Positions 1-10,352 of a DNA stretch of 64,000 nt are shown here, piece by piece. The stretch is from Spongospora subterranea f. sp. subterranea (Eukaryota). Under the pieces are notes generated by a model. That model saw only the letters and a list, made by a program, of their open reading frames with translations, was not told the origin of the DNA and did no database searches. The stretch lies in the NCBI GenBank assembly GCA_049724395.1, contig JAUGWO010000112.1:124001-188000 (forward strand), given 5' to 3'. Both the position numbers and the translations under genes were made by a program. Each line of letters begins with the position of its first letter. Position 1 is the stretch's first letter.

Positions 1-1900
1 TGAAGGCGATACAGATAAACCGCGAGAGCGACAATATTGTGAAAACTTTGTACATGGAAACGCCCTTAATGCAACCGTTTCCACCAACACGACGAATCAA
101 AATCAGTACAGAAACCCAGCCGTTCAAAAGGGGCTCGTATGAGTTTTAAATCATGGAAGAGCACGTTCGAGACCAAGGGATGGACCGCCAGAGATTTTAC
201 AAGCACTTCACCGACCGCAGATCCACACTCGGATGGATATTCAAGTTCGGCAATAACACCATATTGTGGAAAAGTAAAAAGCAGCTAACTGTCTCGTTAA
301 CAACAATTGAGGCGGAATGAAGTCTCAATCATTTTGATTTATAGAATCGGACCTGTTGACATGAGAATGAATTAAACGACAAGACTCAAATCGATTTTGA
401 TCATAAGTGTTATGAAATTCAGAAACATTATATGGCTGTTCGAGCCGTCTTTGGAATTAAGCAAATTGTTCAACAATTTTGTCTGATCAAAATTACGTTT
501 GCACTGGTAGTTCTGTTGCGTTGGTACTTCCGTTTTAGAAGTAGCAGTGCAAATGCAGTTCAGAATAGGGCATTGTTGTCTAAGCAACATCGCTTATTTA
601 AAAAAGAAGCAAACCGCCACCATCAGCCTGTCAACAAATGTTGAATGTGGTCTTGAAGGCTAGATTTTAATCGTGGTGTCGAATTGCAATGGTGAGGACG
701 AGGGTTCATGGCGTCTGAAAAATGTCAAAAGAACAAATCAGAAAGTGTCCAGAATTAAGATGATTTTTTGGTTAATATAAATACTCGAGCTGGTCTATCG
801 CTCTGTTCAATCAACGCTGGAACGAGATTAAGAAGTTACAACGCCCAATCTGTTTTATCAATTCTGCCTTCCGCTGTGGATCAAAATCTGAGAATCAATG
901 CGAGGATCAACTGCGCCTGAAACAACTGCATTGACAAAGACAAAATTGCAACCCTCGAATTTTATTGTTGCAATTGTTTCTCGATCGGGGTGGTTGATGA
1001 GATAATAAAGATCGCTATGCTTGTGCGCCTTGACTATTACATATTGCACACGTTGAAGCGATCTACGCATTCGGATGGAGAATGCTGGCTGCTTCACCCA
1101 CACTTCAAGAAACGATCTATGACCAATCGTCGTATGACAACACAACTACCTCTGAAACCTAAAAGGAACAGGAGTTCACAGGATTCCATTCATCTAAACG
1201 CCTCATCTAAAAGTGCCTACCTGATAGCCAGCGGCGCTAACTTCATCATGACAAACTTACTCCACAATCATAGGTCATTTCAGGACCCGATCATGATCAC
1301 TTGCGATAACGGCACACAGACAGGATCACCCAAAATGCAATGCCAGCCACCGCCAATGATTTAATTGTTCCTGGCATTACAAAGGCCTATTAGCCACGAA
1401 ATGATTCATTGTTGAGCAATGCTCAATCATAGTCATTGATGACACGCAACCGTATCAAGGATCGACATCGAAATGTCATCGTTACGGCATACAAGCATAA
1501 CAATCTGCATTATCTTATCAACCACACTGTTTAAAGGACAGACGCAGCATTGATCATGAAGCAAGAGTACCTAAGTTTCAAGCACACATGAAACCAGAGA
1601 CTGAACCATATATCAGAATTCACTGAAAGCATCACGATCTTACCGCAGGAGTTTTGCGAAAACCGTGCTGATGGAAATCATGAAAGCAACCATTCCCACA
1701 AAAACGTCAGAAACCAGGGCATCTGAAATCGTTTCATCTGAATTAAAAGGACGATCAACAGTACGAGGCCTCAATTGCCGTACTGAGGCGAAACCATTTT
1801 TGCGGTTGCCTGGAATCAACTGAGCCATTAACGGTGGTTGCCTGAGACTGCCCGTAGGCAACTGGTTGCCCACGATACAAATGGTTTGAGAGTTTCAAAT
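1..1900. mobile_element. Degenerate Ty1/copia LTR-retrotransposon debris (RT/RNase H, integrase Zn-finger and protease fragments, both orientations)
   Basis: 213-320 (+) translates DRRSTLGWIFKFGNNTILWKSKKQLTVSLTTIEAE*, the copia RNase H motif. ~575-620 gives LSKQHRLFKKEANR (integrase Zn-finger tail). ~1215-1380 gives YLIASGANFIMT...LIVPGI (decayed protease DSGA motif). VIVTAYKHNNLHYLINH (+, ~1475-1525) and VIVKAHKHSDLYYLINH (-, ~990-1040) are related pre-integrase fragments. Many stops. Confidence 0.7.
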
Positions 1901-1947
1901 TTAAATATGGTTTGTATATGTATCGTAAGAAGTAATATTGCAGTAGT

Positions 1948-4388
1948 TCAATATCGGCATGAGCCGGCAACTCGAGGAACTGGCACCACGTCTCGAATGT
2001 TAGATAACCCGGTTATAAACTGAACGAGCCGGTCGAATCCGAGCCCGAAACCGCCATGAGGTACCGACCCAAACCTAAAAAAACGCTAGAGTCTGCCACC
2101 TGCAAATCCGACGGCGAAAAATATTTCACGGTTTATGGAGCGAAACACTTTTGTAAGTTCAACTACTTGGAATGGGAATAGCAGCAACATAACCAATTAG
2201 TGGCCATCAAAACATGTAAAAAATTACCTTCTAAGGTCAAGATACCAGCTCATTTTACTGCTATCAAGTCCATGCGACGCCATTGATTCAGAGAGGTCCT
2301 CCACATTGTCAATCCGTTCACTGCCTCCTACAACTTCGCCAATGCAAGGCATAAGAAGATCCATTGCTGCGCATGTTGCCTTGGCGCCAGAAGATGAGCG
2401 TTTCATATAAAAGGGTTTCAACTTCGCTGGATAGTGGGTCACAAACAGAGGACTATTGAATTCGTCAAATAATGAACACCATACTGAGTATTATTGTGTA
2501 CCGTTTGAAATGAACTGTGGCAAGATATTGTTCGTGTTCGCTTTTCAAGTCATCACCCCATACCGGCACATGACTAAACTGAGGAGCCATAGGACACTCT
2601 TGTAGAATCTATGAAACATAGGCATCAATTCACCGAAACGTGCAAATGGACCTACTAACCTGAATAGCGTCAGAATACGATATGCGTGCAAAAACTTCGT
2701 CGCGGCACGACGTGATAATGGAAGAATAGCTAGCATAATTGTCCTCTGCGGAGAGGGCTGGATCTCGAGCAATACTTGCACTTTGCCCCGTGGCCTCAGC
2801 CGCTTTGAGTCGCAGAGAAGATGAGTCTGACCAAAGCAGGCGCAAGTCATCATCATGCGTTCCAATGCATGTCCTCACGCATGTCTTGACGAGCTTCTCG
2901 GCTTCGTCCATCAAAACATCAAGGGTTGCGAAAGGAATTTCGGGCTCAACCATCCAAAACTCGGCCAGATGTCTTGTCGTATGAGAGTTCTCAGATCGGA
3001 ATGTCGGGCCGAAAGTATAAACTGGCCTAATAACGGAAGATAGTAGATTGAAACAGGATCAGATAAGGTCGGTCGACAGAGCGAAAAATACAGTACCCCA
3101 TGGAGCATGCGAACATTTCGGCATGAAGCTGGGCAGAAACGGTCAGGAACGCGTTGGTTCCGAAAAAACTCGTCGGATCTCGACCAGACGTCGTGACAAC
3201 TTGAAACTGTTCACCGGCCCCTTCGCAGTCACTGGCGGTGATGATGGGAGCATGAATCCATTGAAAGCCCCTCGAGTTGAAATGTGAATGAACAGCTGAA
3301 GCACAGGTCGATCGAACCCGCATTGCAGAGCTGAACTGTGTCGTACGACCCCGTAAATGCTGATACGAGCGCAAAAACTCCTACATAGACCAAAAACTCC
3401 ATAAAAGAAGGAATACAATTCAAACTGTCGATTTCGCAAGGTGTGTCGAATGAGGTTGGTGATGTTTTTGTAAATGATACTTTTGTGTGATCCTTTTTCT
3501 GGATGGGATACAGTGCAGCATCACAATCGCCAACAATATTGACAGAGTCAGCGGCAATTTCACGGTCACTACTGTGGCGCGCTGATGGGCACGGTGCCAG
3601 TTTTCCCAAGACGGCAACCGATGCGCCATTGCTCAGCTTCGCGGATTCCGGAACGGCAACCGTGCACACGACCTGGATCCCATTTCGATCCGACCTATTG
3701 TCGATTTCAGCTCATTCATCGATAACATCAAATTAAATTTAACAAAAACTACCAGAAATACCTCATCTCGTAACGATAACGATCATCACAACGTAATGTA
3801 ACTCTAGTATGAAACGCAAATATGAACTGAATGAGCTCAAAAAACGTGAACTGAACTTTTCAACAGTTGACGAAGTGCGAGATGAATCAAGAGACTGTTA
3901 ATGGTGATTGGGAGGAATCGGGATGTGTATGGATAGATAACAACCACAGGGGGTAAAATATGGATAGATAACAACCACAGGGGGTAAAATATGGATAGAT
4001 AACAACCACAGGGGGTAAAATATGGATAGATAACAACCACAGGGGGTAAAATATGGATAGATAACAACCACAGGGGGTAAAATATGGATAGATAACAACC
4101 ACAGGGGGTAAAACAGGACATTCGACACATTATTCAAATAATCTAATACATTCCATAAACAGAATAACGACAAACCATTACTAAATTGCAAAAATTGAGA
4201 GGCATCATGAAAATTGAAAAAAAAAACATGCAGTAGACTCGATAAATTCTAAAATCAACTAACCCGTCGTTGACTACGACGAAGCATTTGTCCTTATGGC
4301 GTCGAATCGAGCGTACCCAGCCGTTTATCGCAACTTCAGAACCGCATGCGATATTGGCGAGATTGGCGATGCGCACCCCTGTTGCCAT
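1948..4388 (-). CDS. NARS2: Asparaginyl-tRNA synthetase (class IIb, probably mitochondrial/organellar type), multi-exon
   Basis: Spliced pieces read INGWVRSIR...VVVNDG (OB fold), [98 protein letters not shown]; stop at 1948-1950. Start is uncertain (ATG 4388, or an upstream ATG at 4475 requiring an extra intron). Confidence 0.9.
3928..4113. repeat. 31-bp minisatellite, 6 identical copies, inside the AsnRS intron 3695-4263
   Basis: Unit tatggatagataacaaccacagggggtaaaa repeated head-to-tail with no spacers. Confidence 0.95.
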
Positions 4389-5326
4389 TCGCGACACAAT
4401 AACCAGCGAACGACGCAGTGATCCTCAGAACTCAGCAGTTCACGGCACTCAAACTGCGCCGAGGAGAAGTCGCATTGGTCTGTGCACAACTGACTAAATC
4501 GTAAGGTTTTGTTTTTAGTTGCAAGACTTGATCGAACATGAAGAAAGTTCAAGATCATGACATATATTATTGTGTTTTTCATAGTCACCTGTTTTGTGGC
4601 AAAAAAGACATCAACTTTTCAGTTGTAAGATAGCAGATGATGAGGTATATTTGGATTAAAGTATGGTGGGGAACAAGCGATGTCCATGATGTAAGTGGTG
4701 ATTTACTTGATCTAGTTAACCCTAGCAGGCTACCAGTGAAACTTACTCGCAAATCCATTGCTCGAATCGATGCAACTTTTTTGGCTAACAGTAAACATTG
4801 GTGTTTTTTTTTTCTCCGGAAATGTCTAAGTGGAGACCAGCCCAAATAACGAGTTTGGTAACAACCAATGATGCCTAGCGATTTGCTCGAATAAACCAAA
4901 TGCTCGCGGGCTCGTTGACCAAACCCATCAACACGACAAATTCATTGGTGCTGCAACCGATGGGAATCAGGGGATGCCCAATGGACTACGTGTTCCTAAC
5001 AAATGATATCCCTGCCTTTCAAATGCAATGAACACCTCTGCTGTTGAAACGCGCCTCGACTTCTGCCAAATTATCCAGTCTGTCATCGGCATGAAGGCAA
5101 GATATAACGGATTGTTGGAGGCGATAATTCTATAGGTATACCCATGATTTGTGGTCATTACCACTCCAGTACCTGGTAGGCAGTAGCGACTGCACTATTT
5201 GCTTTCGCAACACGCACCGCCAGGATGGTAGTACAAATCGAATTCTAATACATCGGCGACGGATCGTTCTATGTACACGTCTCAACATCAATTGCATTGT
5301 CGCTGATTACGCTTAAACAAATCAGG

Positions 5327-5380
5327 TCATGGAAAAAAACGGTCGACAGTGGATGCTCCCAGCATATGGAATTTTGATAA
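5327..5380 (+). mobile_element. Tiny copia aspartic-protease relic
   Basis: Translates SWKKTVDSGCSQHMEF*, matching the copia W..DSG(C/A)S.HM motif. Confidence 0.45.
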
Positions 5381-5409
5381 GGCCGATTCACACAGGTGGT
5401 ACACTAAAT

Positions 5410-5770
5410 TCATGCTCTGAAACCTTTCACGAGCGTCGCGAGGATGATCGAACCCTTGGTAAGGCCCATGCATACTGTTAGACGCGATTCATTTCTTGGA
5501 ATAAAACGAGATCATTCCGAAACGCAATTGGATTCCTATATCGCTCCATGTTCAGAATGGCGGTAGTTGATACCTTTAGGTTGCCCAGTTGCGATTTCCT
5601 GTCCTACGCCTGGAGTCAGGCATCAACTGCCGTCATTCTGAACACATGGAGCCATAAAGGAATCCAAACAGTGTCTTTGCAACTATTCCAATAAATCTAA
5701 CAGTATGCATAAGGTCATTCCAAGGTTTCGAGCACTATCTCGACGTTTTGTGAAAGTTTTAGCTGACCTG
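5410..5770. repeat. Imperfect long inverted repeat (arms ~160 bp, loop ~40 bp)
   Basis: 5530-5575 ggattcctatatcgctccatgttcagaatggcggtagttgatacct pairs with the reverse complement of 5619-5665 (ggattcctttatggctccatgtgttcagaatgacggcagttgatgcct). atgcatactgttaga and aaacctttcac...cttgg similarities extend both arms outward. Confidence 0.8.
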
Positions 5771-6473
5771 TGCACACTTCCCACAAATCGCTCACGAATT
5801 GGAACGCAGCCCTTGGGCGGGAATCCGAGACGACACGAATCATAACAGCATGTGCAACCGCCGTTTTTTCGCACCGTTTCCTCGTTGAGGCATCGAATAA
5901 CAACAGTTTCGTGTTCATAGAAATGAACCACTGTACACGCGCGCATGAAAACAATATTCCAAAATTGAGTCTATGGAGCGCACTGTGCAATTTAGTTTTG
6001 CAATGATTTGACTGTGTCACAGTCATTAGTGTACCCTATTGTACACCACATCGCCACAGACCGTATGAGACTCAAACGAGTGTTCATTATCCGGATTTCG
6101 AAGACCAACGATCTCAACATCGGCCGTCGACAGCTTTGCCCTCTCTGATATAAAACTCTGTAAAGAATGTGCACCACTAGGGGCGAATGTTAGTGTATTC
6201 CGCCAAAGGGGTTATTTTGGCAAAAATTACAGTAAACGCCAGTCAACGATAGCTACATCCTCGGTGAATGCGAATACATGGCCCTATTAGACTGCTTGTG
6301 GTCATGAGTGAATAAAATCCCCAAAAAAATATCCGTAACGAAGGGAATTTCTTAGACCAAAGCTTTGAGGAAATTTTGTCATGAGTCTGATCCATCAATT
6401 TCTAATGACGAATTATGAGCCATGCGTGATACGACAGATAATAAACCTATATAGTTATTTGCTTTCGACATAA

Positions 6474-8148
6474 TTACGACAGTTGCCCCGTACGAAAATC
6501 TTTGTTTTCCTTGGACAGGGCAACGATTTGGTCTCGCAAATCAATGGTATCGACAATATTGGACCGTAACAGTTCGAGCTGTTCATGGACTTTAGCGCTT
6601 TCACTATCGACTGCTTTACCGGCAATGATCTGCGAGTATTCGCCCTCAAACGACGCCACGATGTCTTTCAGATTCTGATTAGAAGCCTTTAACATCGCCT
6701 CCTAAACTCAAACACCACAGGTTAACCGCTAGTGTGAAGACATAAAAGAAAACCGCAAAGCAATAATTTCAAAAAGATGTCAAGTAAAAGAATGAAATCA
6801 GCTTACATTAGCCATTGAGAGACTGAGTTGTCTGTGAAGCGTAGCGGCGCGATGTTGGGCTGCCTTTAAAACGGATGCGTGCGCTGGTCCCGATTCAATG
6901 AGAATGGCGTTTTCGCTCACCAATTCCTTCACCCGCGCCTCAGATTGTACTAAACGGTTGTTGGCCTTCAAGCATATATTAGATGGATTCCAGTTGAAAA
7001 ATTTACACAGAGAGCAAGGAAGGTTTAAAAAAAGCAAGCATGGAACGGGTTAAACTCCTGACTGTAAACGAGATCAATTTCAGATTTACACTGCAGAACA
7101 CTAGATTTAAGATGCTGATAAAAACAAAAACTGAGAATTGGTCTGTTAAGAGCTGAGAAAGAATAGGATAATGAGAACAACCTGATCTAAATCTTGTTGC
7201 AATCTGGAATATAATGTTATGAGATTAACCGGGTCCGGATCAGAATTTGATCCGAAACAGCGTCGAAACGCAGCGTTCCATTGAGCAATGGTCTCCTGCG
7301 CAGGGCGCAAAGCCTCAACTTGCCCAGCCATATCAGCATTACTGGCCTCCAACCTGTAGTGTTTCATATCATTATTGGCTTCAACCATACAGCAAGCAGT
7401 AAAACCTGGAAATTTTATGCTGCAGTGCAACAATTTGTTCCTCTTGCATATGGTACTGGGCGGTGTTTGCACGCGAGGCAACTACCTCGCGTTCCATAGA
7501 TCGGTATTCACGTTCTGAGCGCATCGCAGTGAGTACTTCACCGACCTGAACACCACAGAAGCAACGATTTAGCCCATGTGACACAACACAGTCATAAATG
7601 GATGATAACTAAGGATTCCGACGGAAAATTGTGAAAAAAGAAGTGATCTCACACCTGCTCTCGATGCACCTGTTGCAGCCGTTGGAAGCGGTCAATTTCC
7701 TGGCGCAGCAAGCCAATCTCCTCATCTTTTTCCTTCAAAGAATCGGACAAAGACGATATAATAGGTTCCTCAACTGACGGCAGAGGATTAGTTGATTTAT
7801 CCATTATGCTAAATCAGGTTAACAGATAATTGTTTTACCTGTTTTCAAATCCCGATTCTTGTTATTCTGCAAACAAAAAATCTGATCTTGAAGCTCTGAG
7901 ATTTTAGCACGATTTCTTGCTTGCTCAAGATCAACGCTGGCACAGTGCACAGCAAATTTCGAGGCGAATGCAGCTTCAGAATGGGATTTTTGACGTTCGG
8001 CCTCCTCGCGACGGTGTTCAGACTGGTTCAACTGGGTTTGAGTCTGCGAGAGTTGGGACTTGACGGATTCTAAAGATTCGAGCAAAAATCGTTGTTGGAC
8101 ACGCAACGAACTAAGACGTCCATTGGCGCCGACCTCCACTTCCGACAT
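6474..8148 (-). CDS. Coiled-coil protein resembling the N-terminal/central part of mitotic checkpoint protein MAD1 (C-terminal domain not found), multi-exon
   Basis: GT-AG-joined exons give a Q/E/L-rich heptad protein including QEEQIVALQHK...QWNAAF...DPVNLITLYSRLQQD and AATLHRQLSL...LKDIVASFEGE, which recall MAD1 segments. Family assignment is from memory only. Confidence 0.45.
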
Positions 8149-8877
8149 TCACCAGCCAGTTTGCGCCGCCCGACCGGGAGATGACATTGAAATTTGACCT
8201 GGTTTCCCGGAGTGGGACTCATGGTGTATCTACAGTTTTCATTTTAACACTGTCGTCTACCCGTAAAACATGGCGGCACATTCTCGCCCAAAGAATGATT
8301 TATCTAAATGCAGCACGGCCTCATGTCACATTTACGAGTTGGCGCCATTACTTCAAGTCGAACTGTCATGCCTGCCTCTTTTGAAAACCTGCAGTATGTT
8401 CAACCGGTTCAAGGTCATCTTATCATCGTTGCGGATCGGGGTCGCAAGTTTTCTGTGCATAGGTGACTAAACAAAAAATCGGTGGATTTGTGACTCATAA
8501 GACTACTGAAGTTGACTGCTCGTGATGTAATAGAGCCAGACTAGATGCGTTCAAATGTCCAGAACTGTATGTTGTCCATGGCCAGAGCATATCTTACACC
8601 TACGATAATAGCATATAGAACAGCTATAGCTCGAGATGGAACTCCATCCTCCCATGATGCGCTAAAGTTTTTCTTTCTTAAAAAATTGACCAACTAATTC
8701 TCAACATTGGGGTTTTTCAATCAAAATTTAATCTACAGTATATTGTTAATGGCAATCCATCACCCTTCCAAGTTTCAATCTTAATGGTCGTGGTTGCCCC
8801 CCGTGAGTCGTGAGCGATCAATCCATTATCCAGTCGGTCAAATAATTGCACTCTAGGGGCCAAGAAGGCGGGTGGCG

Positions 8878-9329
8878 ATGCGATTCTCGCATCGCCCTGT
8901 CCCGTCTCAATGCCCCATAGCATCTGGGGAAGTCATCCTCCTACATGAGCTGGCCGATATGGAATTAGGCCGGGCCGTCCGAGTTGTAGGGCGTGTCATC
9001 GATTTCATCCCTGGTGAAAAGAAAGCAATTATTGAGATGGACGGCTGTCACGTCGTTATCATCACCGATATTATGGTTATTGACGGCAGCTTTGGCGACC
9101 ATTCCCTCTTCACTTTTATTGGTGAAGTTTGTTCTTATCAGGTGCTAATATCTGCAATTTTGTGAATGCTTTCACGATTGATTTTGTTTAGCCGGACCCT
9201 GGTACCAAATGTCTTCGTCCTCGAATAGCGTTGAAAGTAGATGGGCTCAACTTGCAGTTGTACAAGATTGCAATTCAAGAAAGGAGGAAGTTTTATCCTA
9301 TTCGACCCCTGGATCTTCGTCCAAAGTAA
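8878..9329 (+). CDS. TEN1: CST complex subunit TEN1 (telomere-capping OB fold), 2 exons (intron 9142-9191)
   Basis: PIASGEVILLHEL...GRAVRVVGRVIDF...SLFTFIGEV|...LRPRIALKVDGLNLQLYKIAIQERRKF matches TEN1 hallmarks (G.S/AVRV.G, FIGE, AR/PR...VDG..L.LY). Confidence 0.8.
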
Positions 9330-10352
9330 TTTCTGCCTTTTGCTTTCGACTGGAGCATATTGGCAGTCAAACTAAATCATCCTCAAAACGTCTTGGACTT
9401 CATTTTCTCACTGCAATGTTGAACGCTCTCAACCGTCGGATTTGCTTATTTGCCCATGTAATACCAGTTACGTACGAGTAAACAGTTAAGATATTTTCAA
9501 TTTTTGTGCAAGTGCCCGCGTCTACTCGGTTGCTGGGGTTTTGTCAGATGACCGTCAACTTTAATATTATGCTGCTCAGAGTCAGGCTTCTTTATCTGCA
9601 TTGCATCTCCTTATTGGCACGCCAAACTGCCGCTCAAACCAACTGGCTCTTTATGGGTAATATGTACTGTTGATTTTCAAACTTTTTCACTTAAAGTACT
9701 TTACTTTATCGAAAAGCTGAATTCATTGGCGTCTCACATGCATCTGTCTGGTGTAGGATTTATTTGACATGTCGGGCCCAAATCCATTCATCATCGTGCA
9801 GCATGCAACAATTCTCATATTGTTATTTCGAGGTCCAGGCGACGTATCTCACTGCACCTTACATATGGAAGTTTTAAGAATGTTGAATTCCGGTCACTCT
9901 TCAGCAAATTCCCGTCAGATGCATCCGAGGCGCAAATATATTGGCCTGCCGATCAGAGGATATATTTGAATTATGAATGTCGTTCAAGAATATAACAAGG
10001 TTCAGCCGAAAAATTGGAAAACTGTATCACAAAGGATCTGCTCTCGGATACTACTAGATGATATCTCTGGTTGACATTGCAACAATCAACATTAAAAAAT
10101 TTATTGAGTGATCTGCAATGTGATCGAATATTCATACCATCGAGGGGTTCTTCAAAAACTGAGTTTTGGGGTGGTGTAAATCCTTTGCTGAACGAGGTTG
10201 GCCCTCATCTTGTTGGCCATTATTCCACGACGCACAATAATAATTCTGAGTCATGCTTGGTACTTGACTGTTGATGTCTAGGATACCCTGCTACAGTGCT
10301 GTCATTCCTTGAGATTCATATTGATATGTGTCTGATCGCTAGCAGAGACACA

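Noticed and set aside
3837..4191. Three overlapping repetitive ORFs
   Set aside because: Artefacts of the 31-bp minisatellite inside the AsnRS intron.
5715..6290. Possible spliced GATase-like gene (VAIVDCGAHSLQ)
   Set aside because: Needs a non-canonical donor, lacks the catalytic GxCxG motif, and runs into the inverted repeat.
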